Part shown: piece by piece, positions 26,630 to 36,697 of the stretch
Position numbering within the stretch: the first letter of the stretch is position 1
Layout of the letters: each line of letters starts with the position of its first letter
Source of the DNA: Pristiophorus japonicus
Lineage: Eukaryota
Direction of reading: 5' to 3'
Length of the DNA: 64,000 nt
NCBI RefSeq assembly: GCF_044704955.1
Contig: NC_091984.1
Coordinates: 197,408,001 to 197,472,000 of the forward strand
Translations under genes and position numbers: made by a program
Notes under the pieces: model-generated
What the model was told of the DNA's origin: nothing
Seen by the model: only the letters and a program-made list of their open reading frames with translations
The model's database searches: none

Positions 26630-28978
26630 TAGAATCATAGATTCAAAGAATTGCTACAGCACGGAAGAAGGCCATTCGGCCCATCGAGCCTGTACCGGCT
26701 CTCTGCAAGAGCACTTCAGCTAGTCCCACTCTCCCGCCCTTTCCCCGTAGCCCTGCAAATTTTTTCCTTCAGGTACTTATCCAATTCCCTTTTGAAAGCC
26801 ACAATTGAATCTGCCTCCACCACCCTATCAGGCAGTGCATTCCAGATCCTAGCCACTCGCTGCGTAAAAAAGTTTTTTCTTATGTTGCCTTTGGTTCTTC
26901 TGCCAATCACCTTAAATCTGTGTCCTCGGGTTCTCGACCCTTCCACCAATGGGAACAGTTTCTCGCTATCTACTCTGTCTAGACACCTCATGATTTTGAA
27001 CACCTCCATCAAATGTCCTCTTAACCTTCTCTGCTTTAAGGAGAACAACTCCAGCTTCTCCAGTCTATCCACCTAACTGAAGTCCCTCATCCCTGCAACC
27101 ATTGTTGTAAGTCTTTCCTGCACCCTCTCTAAGGCCTTCACATCGTTCCTAAAAGTACGATGCCCAGAATTAAACATAATACTTCAGTTGAGGCCAAACC
27201 AGTGTTTTATAAAGGTTAATTATAACTTCCTTGCTTTTGTACTCTATGGGCCTGAACTTGGTGGCCTTACAGTCCGCTGCCGCCGAGTTTTTTGGGCTGT
27301 CTCCCCTTGGTGCCATTTTCCACTGGGCCTCCCACCGGCGGGGGAGGGGGAGGACAGCTGTGAACGGCCCGCTGACGGCCGCTAGTGCGAGCTGGCAGAT
27401 TCCTCCGGGTGGGAGTCGGCGGCAGCAGGGGGAAAGACTGCTGCATGGAGGCAGCTCTAACCCCAACGGTAAGTATGAAGTCCTGCAAAAAAAGGTTAGT
27501 GAACTTCTTTTATTTTTTTTCAGTAATTTATGTGGATGCGGTCCCCTGAAGGTCTTCCAGTGTTTATTTTGTGTAAATTTTTGTTTATGTGCTCCCCCCC
27601 CCCTCCCCCTGGGCCCGACTCAATCCTCGCCGGCACTTTGTCGCCGAGATTGGGAGCTCCCACCCGATGCCGCCCAGATTCACAGAGTAAGTCCCTTTTT
27701 TGCCGCTGGCCGGTCTTTCCAGGACTTTTTTACGAAACTCCCGCGCAAAGTACCGTCAGGTATCTCGATGGTCCTTTGGGCGGCACTTGGGTGGAACTTA
27801 GCTTCCACCAAGTTCGGGCCCTATGCCTCTATTTATGAAGCTGAGGATCCCATATGCTTTTAAACCGCTTTCTGAATCTGCCCTGCCACCTTCAACGATT
27901 TGCTCACATATACCCCCAGGTCTCTCTGATCAGGCACTCCCTTTAGAATTGTACCCTTTAGTTTATATTGCCTCTCCTTCTTCCTACTAAAATGTATCAC
28001 TTCGCACTTTTCTGTATTAAATTTCATCTGCCACGTGTCTGCCCCTTCCACCAGCCTGCCTATGTCCTCTTGAAGTCTATCGCTTTCCTCCTCCATGTTC
28101 ACTATACTTCCAAATGTTGTGTCATCTGCAAATTTAGAAATTGTGTCCTTATACACCCAATTCCAAGTCATTAATATATATCAAGAATAACAATGGTCCT
28201 AGTACCAACCCCTGGGGAACACCACTGTCTGAAAAACAACCATTCCATGCTGCCACTGTCCCTTTTATTCCTTCAATTTTGCTGGCAAGCCTCTTATGTG
28301 GCACTTTATCAAAAGCCTTTTGGAAGTCCATGTACACCACATCAACTGCATTGCCCTCATCAACCCTCTCTGTTACCTCATCAAAAAACTCAATTAAGTT
28401 AGTTAAACATGATTTGCCTTTAACAAGTCCCTGCTGGCTTTCCTTAATTAATCCATACTTGTTCAAGTGACTGTTAATTTTGTCCCGGATTATAGTTTCT
28501 AAAATCTTCCCCACTACCGAGGTTAAACTGATTGGCCTGTAATTGCTGGGCTTATCCTTACATCATTTTTTGAACAAAGGTGAACCATTTCAATTCTCCA
28601 GTACTCTGGCATCATCCTCGTATCTAAGAAGCATTGGAAGGTTATGGCCAGTATCTCCGCAATTTCCATCCTTACCTCCCGCAGCATCCTAAGATGCCTC
28701 CCATTTGGTCCTGGTGAGTTATCTACTGTAAGTACAGCCAGCCTTTCTAGTACCTCCTCTTTATCAATTTTATCCCAACCAGTATCTCAGCTACCTCCTC
28801 TTTCACTATGACTTTGGCAGCATCTTCTTACTTGGTAAAGACAGATGCAAAGTACTCATTTACTACCTCAGCCATGCCCTCTGCCTTCATGTCCTTTTTG
28901 GTCCCTAATCGGCCCACTCCTTTTCTTACTACCTGTTTATTATTTATATGTCTATAGAAGACTTTTGGATTCCCTTTA
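26630..28978 (-). mobile_element. Degraded CR1 LINE ORF2 (RT + 3'UTR), interrupted by a MITE at 27248-27821
   Basis: GKSCLTNLIEFFDEVT, DFQKAFDKV, SGVPQG, ISKFADDT and NFFTQRVARIWNALP motifs, with frameshifts and internal deletions. Confidence 0.95.
27248..27821. mobile_element. PIF/Harbinger-type (Tourist-like) MITE, 574 bp
   Basis: 17-bp TIRs GGGCCTGAACTTGGTGG / CCACCAAGTTCGGGCCC (1 mismatch). 3-bp TSD TAT at 27245-27247 and 27822-27824. Removing it restores contiguous CR1. Confidence 0.9.
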
Positions 28979-29509
28979 TCTTTTGCAGTCTTCAAAATAT
29001 AGTGGAAGCTTCTAAATGTGAATCCTCTTTCCTTTTATCCATTTGTTTCTCACATTCTGGAAAGTATAGAAAATGAGTTAGTGCTTCAGCAAATTATGAT
29101 TTTCAAGTGAATGTTCCCTTCAACAAGATGTTGTTTGGGTAAATACATTGCCTGCTATGATATTGCGGCAACAAGGGAAGGGAAGGAAGAGCCATAGTTT
29201 GGTCCGTTGGAGGTGCTGATTAGCTCATCATGATGGGGTGAGAGTGATGCAGTACATTGCACGAGACTCACACTATTGCTGCCGCTTCCAGGACTCTCTC
29301 AGCAAGCTGCCAACTGAATGTAAAGCCATCAGGGTCTCACTAAAACGACTTGCTGAAAGACCGCTTTTTAGTAGATCTTTCAGGCCTCGGGTCCTGGCAG
29401 GTCCAAGCAGATTTACATTGGGTTTTCAACCAGCTCCACCAAATGTATGATTGCAGGAACCAACAGCTCCAATGCAGAATGTAAAAGCAGCCTACAATCA
29501 CTCTCAGCA

Positions 29510-29775
29510 CGGTTAGCTAAAGGTGGGCAAAATTATCCTGGGATCCTGCTGCTGATCTCCATCCAGTGAGTCTAGTTGGAAAGGAGACAACTGTAAACAT
29601 TGGTTGAAGACAAGATTGGGTTCAGCTGAAATTCTCCAATTAGTCAAGTAGCCTGCCAGCACATCTTGTCTCATTCATAAAGAATGGGGACTTGAAGTCC
29701 CGTCAGATTGTTGCCTCTCGGAGAACTATACACCTGCATACTGTTGCACCTTCATGAGAGGAGGAGAGAAGAGGG
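29510..29775 (+). mobile_element. Ancient SINE-like repeat, 3' portion (head of a likely related copy at 59600-59730)
   Basis: Degenerate CCTGGGATCCTGCTGCTGATC...ATCCAGTGA...GCCTGCC...AAGAATGG...GAGAGGAGGAGAGAA. Recognised by similarity only; family not named. Confidence 0.45.
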
Positions 29776-29925
29776 GGGAATTTCAAAAAATATAATAGGC
29801 TGTTCATTAGCACTGAACATGAAGAACAAGTAGTTGGGGTTTATCCTTTGCTTCACAGCATCATCAAGGAGCAATCCAAGGCTGTAGAATGTTTGAGCCC
29901 AATTTATTCTGTCTATGACTTATTA

Positions 29926-30265
29926 AGAACATAAGAACATAAGAATTAGGAACAGGAGTAGGCCATCTAGCCCCTCGAGCCTGCTCCGCCATTCAATAAG
30001 ATCATGGCTGATCTGGTCGTGGACTCAGCTCCACTTATCCGCCCTCTCCCCGTAACCCTTAATTCCCTTATTGCTTAAAAATCTATCTATCTTTGACTTG
30101 AAAACATTCAATGAGCTAGCCTCAACTGCCTCCTTGGGCAGAGAATTCCACAGATTCACAACCCTCTGGGAGAAGACATTTTTTCTCAACTCGGTTTTAA
30201 ATTGGCTCCTCCGTATTTTGAGGCTGTGCCCCCTAGTTCTAGTCTCCCCCACCAATGGAAACAAC
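29926..30265 (-). mobile_element. CR1 LINE 3' fragment
   Basis: FPLVGETRTRGHSLKI...NLWNSLPKEAVEA and a (CTTATGTT)n tail. Same subfamily as 32397 and 36802. Confidence 0.95.
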
Positions 30266-31690
30266 TTGAAGTTAATGCTTGAAGTTCTCTCATGTCTTCC
30301 TCAGATGGTGGCAGTTTCTCCTGAACACTTGTCCACTTTCTGTAAACAATTCGAGGATTCAATAACTTCTTACCTTCAGACCTCTGTTCTCGTTTGCTCA
30401 TTCTTATGAGCCATAGGCAACACATTGAAAGGTGAAAGATTTTTGGTTCCCTGTTATCACGTTGAACCTATCTGATTAGTTTCTTAGATTTCTATTTACA
30501 TATCTGCAATCACTTTTGGTTGTTGCAGTTAGTCTTTTCATCAACCTCTGCACCAATATACTTTCTATTCTGAGTGTAGCTCTATACCTATAACTGTCTC
30601 CCAATTGAGGGTTTACCCGAGCTATCGTCATTAAGGATTTGCACCTTCAAACTTCCACTGCCGAGTAAATTTCTTATATTCTTCAGGGGTAAACTGGGTC
30701 ATCATCTGAAAACAGAAATTGTTATTGCATGCCTTGCAAAATGAACTTCAGATATTCTTATTGTTGTCATTCACTGTACCACAACTTTGGGTATGTATAT
30801 TGCATATTATCTTGGTTTCAGCGTCACTGGTTGCTCTCATAAGTGGATCTCAACTCCCCTAGATCATCTTTTTATGCTCAAAATTAATATACAAAATATG
30901 ACTCAGGGATCATAATAGACAACCTTCAATTTGTGTACTACTAAAATGCATCACATGTCACCACATGATCTTCCTCTCCTTGAAAGCCAGACTGAACATA
31001 TATTCTTACCAGACCAAGAACCAGAAAATTGTATTATTCATACAAGGATAAACGGTATAACACAATGAAAGACACACTTATTTATTCTCTTCCATACATA
31101 TAATAATACAAATGGCACTCACTTTCTCTTTAAAAGTAAACTTTAAACAGAGGATACTTGCTGTAACCCCAATCTACTCTAACTCCCTGGTTGAACAGGC
31201 ACGAAACTTTAAAAATACACAGCTGCTGACTGAAAGACTCTCACACACACTGCAGACTGATTCCTGACCTGACCCTTAGTTGTCGATCAAGGAAGACTGC
31301 AGCCAATCAGTGACTTTGTCCCCCTACTCAAAGGTCACAGACAGAGCTGTCAATCAATGACATCAAACGAAGACTGATGTGTTGATCTATGCCAAGGTGT
31401 TCTGAGGCAGCTCCTTTAAAGTCATCTTGAGACAAAATGTTGCCTTTCTCATGTCAATGTTAAATTGTTAGTCAATCTTTGACAGTGGCATAATAATCTT
31501 GACATTCAATATGACAGTTCTGATCAATGAAAACCCTGAATTTTTTACTGTTCTCAGCCTTACCAATTGGTACTTGTAAAGACTACTTCAGCCTACTCAT
31601 CTTGAGCTGAACTAATGGAAGAAGAAGAATAATTTATATAGCACCTTTAACACAGAAAAATAGAGCCATAAAGGGGAAAAAAACATGGGA

Positions 31691-31827
31691 ATCATCATCA
31701 TCATCATAGGCAGTCCCTCGGAGTCGAGGATGATTTGCTTCCACTCTAAAAGTGAGTTCTCAGGTAACTGAGGAATCCAATGTGGGACCTACAGTCTCTG
31801 TCGCAGGTGGGGCAGACAGTGGTTGAA
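31691..31827 (-). mobile_element. RTE LINE 3'-end fragment
   Basis: (ATC)n ATAGGCAGTCCCTCG tail; matches 53515-53640. Confidence 0.85.
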
Positions 31828-32396
31828 TACAGCCCACAATTACACTGGGTATTGGGAAATATTCTGTGTGATCTTGGATTATTAACCCCTCACCTACTGT
31901 TTCAAGCAACAAACAAGTTCAAAATTCAATACAGGCACAAATCAATTTTTGACACACTCTGATATCATCTGAGTGCTCAGTTTCTCAATAATGGTCATTG
32001 CCATCAAAATGCCATTAGTATAAAAAATAAACAAGTCCATTTCAGTCTTTGACTCTTGTTGGTCAGGTACTTCATAAGATAGCACCATCTTCTTTGCTCA
32101 CAGTTTCCATTATTCACCAAGCATCACATTTCTCAGTGAAAGCTTTAAGATCGGCATTCATTCTTGGCCTATTGAGAGATTTGTATATTCTTCTGAAGCA
32201 ACCTTATACTCTAATGTGGGTTAAATTAATAGACTGTATACGTCCTTTCTTAGTGATTTCAGAATGATGACTCATTGTTCCCTAAATAAGATGCTATTTT
32301 GAATATTAAGTTCCATCTGTAAAATGAACGAATGGAGCAATTGGTACTACGATCATTTTCTTGCTGTGTGACCAAGCATTCAATAAAGGTTTCTTC

Positions 32397-34743
32397 AGTC
32401 CCCTGGTCCTGATGAAATGCATCCCAGGGTATTAAAAGAGATGGCACAAGTTATAGCAGATGCATTCGTTATAATCTACCAAAATTCTCTGGACTCTGGA
32501 GAGGTACCAGCAGATTGGAAAGCAGCTAATATAACGCCTCTGTTTAAAAAAGGGGGCAGACAAAAGGCAGATAACTATAGGCTGGTTAGTTTAACATCTG
32601 TAGTGGGGAAAATGTTTGAAACTATCATTAAGGAAGAAATAGCAGGACATCTAGATAGGAATAGTGCAATCAAGCAGACGAAGCATGGATTCATGAAGGG
32701 AAAATCATGTTTAACTAATTTACTGGAATTCTTTGAGGATATAACGAGCAGGTGGATAGAGGTGTACCGATGGATGTGGTGTATTTAAATTTCCAAAAGG
32801 CATTCGATAAGGTGCCACACAAAAGGTTACTGCAGAAGATAAAGGTATGCGGAGTCAGAGGAAATGTATTAGCATGGATCGAGAATTGGCTGGCTAACAG
32901 AAAGCAGAGAGTCGGGATAAATGGGTCCTTTTCGGGTTGGAAATCGGTGGTTAGCGGTGTACCACAGGGATCAGTGCTGGGACCACAACTGTTTACGATA
33001 TACATAGATGACCTGGAAGAGGGGACAGAGTGTAGTGTAACAAAATTTGCAGATGACACAAAGATTAGTGGGAAAGTGGGTTGTGTAAAGGGCACAGTGA
33101 AGCTGCAAAGAGATTTAGATAGGTTAAGCGAATGGGCTAAGGTTTGGCAGATGGAATACAATGTCGGAAAATGTGAGGTCATCCACCTTGGAAAAGAAAA
33201 CAGTAAACGGGAATATTATTTGAATGGGGAGAAATTACAACATGCTGCGGTGCAGAGGGACCTGGGGGTCCTTGTGCATGAAACTCTTTTTGGAGTTCAC
33301 CTGCAAAACATAAAACATTAAACGGTGCCACCCGACCTGGGTGACACTCCAGACATTTACAAGGCCCTTTTTTTTCCCCCCCCTTTTTTTTGTTTTTTTT
33401 GTGTTTTTCTTTTTTTGGTTTTTTTTTGGGCACTAAAATCACAATTTTCCCCAGTGCCCCCTATAAAAGGGAAGGGGGACACTAAAAGCACCAGCAATTA
33501 AAACAAATTAAACTTAAAAACGTAAAATCAAATTAAAATTTGGTTGCCGGGCGTGATGATGCACTCCAGTCCCTCCGGTGCCCACCTCTCGCGGAAGGCC
33601 GCGAGCGTACCGGTGGACACCGCGTGCTCCATCTCCAAGGACACCCTGGACCGGATGTAAGAGCGGAAGAGAGGCAGGCAGTCAGGTTGAACGACCCCCT
33701 CGACCGCCCGCTGCCTGGACCGGCTGATGGCACCCTTGGCCGTGCCCAGGAGCAGTCCTACGAGGAGGCCTTCAGACCTACCCGCTCCCCTCCGCACAGG
33801 GTGCCCAAAGATCAGGAGAGTGGGACTGAAGTGCAGCCAGAATTTCAGGAGCAGCCCCTTCAAATAATGGAACAGGGGCTGCAACCTCGTGCACTCAATA
33901 AAAACATGGAACACGGACTCCTCCAGACCGCAGAAATTGCAGGCGGCCTGGGAGTCCGTGAACCGGCTTAAAAATTTGTTGCACGGCACTGCTCCGTGCA
34001 CCACCCTCCAGGCCAAGTCCCCGTCCTTGTGCATGAATCCCAAAAAGTTAGTTTGCAGGTGCAGCAGGTAATCAGGAAGGCGAATGGAATGTTGACCTTC
34101 ATTGCGAGAGGGATGGAGTACAAAAGCAGGGAGGTCCTGCTGCAACCAAACAGGGTATTGGTGAGGTCGCACCTGGAGTACTGCATGCAGTTTTGGTCAC
34201 CTTACTTAAGGAAGGATATACTAGCTTTGGAGGGGGTACAGAGACGATTCACTCGGCTGATTCCGGAGATGAGGGGGTTATCTTATGATGATAGATTGAG
34301 TAGACTGGATCTTTACTCATTGGAGTTCAGAAGGATGAGGGGTGATCTTATGGAAACATTTAAAATAATGAAAGGGATAGACAAGATAGAGACAGAGAGG
34401 TTGTTTCCACTGGTCGGGGAAACTAGAACTAGGGGGCACAGCCTCAAAATACGGGGGAGACAATTTAAAACCGAGTTGAGAAGGAATTTCTTCTCCCAGA
34501 GGGTTGTGAATCTGTGGAATTCTCTGCCCAAGGAAGCAGTTGAGGCTAGCTCATTGAATGTATTCAAATCACAGATAGATAGATTTTTAACCAATAAGGG
34601 AATTAAGGGTTACGGGGAGCGGGCGGGTAAGTGGAGCTGATTCCACGGCCAGATCAGCCATGATTTTTTTGAATGGCGGAGCAGGCTCGAGAACCTAGAT
34701 GGCCTACTCCTGTTCCTAATTCTTATGTTCTTATGTTCTTATG
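32397..34743 (+). mobile_element. 5'-truncated CR1 LINE ORF2 (RT), interrupted by a Tx1 element
   Basis: GKSCLTNLLEFF, SGVPQGSVLGPQLF, KFADDTK, the C-terminal domain and a (CTTATGTT)n tail. Highly similar to the copy at 36802-39243. Confidence 0.97.
33283..34022 (-). mobile_element. 5'-truncated Tx1-clade (L1-group) non-LTR retrotransposon: ORF2 C-terminal zinc-binding (zf-RVT-like) domain plus 3'UTR
   Basis: Open frame DLAWRVVHGAVPCNKFL...CNFCGLEESVFHVFIECTRLQPLF (CCHC) ending at the stop at 33528. Perfect 15-bp TSD GTCCTTGTGCATGAA at 33268-33282 and 34023-34037. The empty site is seen at 38523-38537. Confidence 0.9.
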
Positions 34744-34800
34744 AATCTGTAAGCTTTCATTATTTGCAGCATGTGATTCAATATTTGATTGTCGTTGCTC

Positions 34801-35065
34801 AGCTTTTATATAGCACCATGGAAGGCCTCAGGACATCCCAATGTATTTAACAACTAATGAAATAGTTTAAGTGTAGTCACTGTTCTAATGTAGGAAACAG
34901 GCAGCTAATTTGTGCATAGGCAAGGTCTCACAAACAGCAATGAGATAACGATCATATCATCTTTTTTCATGATTTTAGTTGAGGGATAAATATTGGCCAG
35001 GGCACCGGAGTGTACTCCCCTATTCTTCTTTGAATAGTGCCACAGGGATCTCTGGTGTCCACCTG
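34801..35065 (-). mobile_element. Deu-domain SINE fragment
   Basis: GTTGAGGGATAAATATTGGCCAGG...CTCCCCT...AATAGTGCCA Deu-domain motif. Confidence 0.8.
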
Positions 35066-35134
35066 TTCTAGAATGCAATGTCTTACAAATGTAACATCAT
35101 GGAGTCTTCGTTTAGCTTTATCTTTGTTGAGTTT

Positions 35135-35495
35135 TTTTACAACAACAACTTAACTTAACATACAATGCTGCTCAGATACAGGAGATGTCTGATTAGAGCA
35201 TAAAGTGAAAATCAGGAAAGGAGTTAGGAGGTTGAGCCAAAAGCATATTTTTTTTAGAAGGTTTTTGAAAGAAAGGAAAGAGGTGCGAAGGTACAGAGAA
35301 TTAGGGACAGACCTTGAGACGGTAAGGGTGCTCTGGTTGAACAAATGGTGAACCGATGCTGAAAAGGAGAGAGCAGGGATGGATGAGTAGCCGGGTGTTG
35401 AGGAGATGGGAAGCACATGCAGACATACAGCTGGAGGTGGCTGTTGCCTTAAGTTGGGGTGCAGTTATGCAGGGATTAGAAAGCAGGAACAAACA
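35135..35495 (-). mobile_element. Decayed L2 LINE 3' fragment
   Basis: (CAA)n tail and degenerate similarity to 41477-41800 and 44743-45100. Confidence 0.55.
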
Positions 35496-35498
35496 TCT

Positions 35499-35754
35499 TG
35501 GGGGCAAAATGCCCCATTTTTAGAGGCCCATTAGCGCCTCCAAGGGGTGCTAACGGGGCGAAAGAGAGTTCTCGACGGGGGTGGGGCGGGACGGGACTGG
35601 GGTGCTCCCAGGAAATTGCCCGGGAGTTTGCGGAGGTGCTGCCATGGCAGCGCCATGCCCTGCGAGTAGCATCCCGCGGGTAGCACCGGGTGCAGAAAGT
35701 CCCAGCCCTAGTTGGTTACCACCTCCAATTGGGGCACAGGACAATTTAGCCACC
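35499..35754. mobile_element. MITE-like element
   Basis: Left end GGGGCAAAATGCCCC...TTAGCGCCTCCAAGG is shared with 59730. Right end GACAATTTAGCCACC. Confidence 0.6.
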
Positions 35755-35779
35755 TTAAAATCAATATATTAGGGCATAG

Positions 35780-36320
35780 AGAGCTGATGGGATTTGTCAA
35801 GGTTAGTGGATAGTGGACAAGTCAGAGGACAAGACTTTGTGAGGGTGAGGACAAGGGCTCTGATATTCTTAATTAAATTTTGATTTTGCTCATGACACCT
35901 TTCCATGTGGGCTATAAAGATTTGACCATGATCAGCTGTGTCCCCTATGCCATACATCAGTACCTCAATTTCAGTGGTCTTTACATCTGGCAATTCCTCC
36001 ATTGTTTGATATTCTGACTCATCTGATTCACTGGATATAACATAAGTCATATGCAATGACTGTACTTAACAAATGGAGCACAAAAGCTATTTTTATCGGA
36101 ATTCTTTTCATCCTGACTGCAAACCAAAATCTATTTTTTTGTCATCCAAAGCACTTGAGGGTGGATGTTATGAATCAGTGCGCCCAAGATAGAACATTGC
36201 ATACCAGAAGGGCACTTGGGACTTTGGAGGAAAAGATCAGCACACTCAACATAGGGCACATTGACCTCCACATCTGAGTCACCAATCTACACTTCTGTTT
36301 GGCAATGTTCTGCATCGGGA
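35780..36320 (+). pseudogene. Possible highly decayed PIF/Harbinger (HARBI1-like) DDE transposase fossil
   Basis: Colinear degenerate motifs across frameshifts: GFVKVSG/IVDKS (cf. GFPxVxGxIDxT), GYKDLTMISCV..HQYLNFSGLY/SGNS (cf. GYxSxxxQxVxD...PGSxHD), NQCAQDRT..RRALGTLEEKISTL (cf. NxxHxxTRxxIERxFGxLKxRFRxL). Read by eye only. Confidence 0.4.
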
Positions 36321-36697
36321 GCACTAATTCAATAAAATCTGCCCCCGGCTACTTAACCTAGCTTAGATATGATGATATTTTCCTCAATGGTAGACATTGG
36401 ACGGTGACTTCTTGCAATTTTCTTTAAATCTCTAAGATCTGTGCAGGTAGTTCACATACCAGGCATATTGATGGTTGCCAGACTTGATACCCAAGGTACC
36501 ATGTTGGTTACTAAACCTATTGGCCTGCAAATTTGATGGCACCACAACCACTTTTCCAGTGCAAAGCATCTAATATGGTGGGCGTGGATGTTAATTATGC
36601 ACAGGAAGTACGCTGCCTTCATTATTGGCTCGGGCTGCTCTTTAGGCATTGAGGGTGCACAACAGAGCTATTTAAATCACTGACTACATTCTACCAC

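Noticed and set aside
33528-34172. 214-aa ORF as a standalone gene
   Set aside because: Its first ~50 aa are antisense CR1. Only 33528-34022 is Tx1 ORF2.
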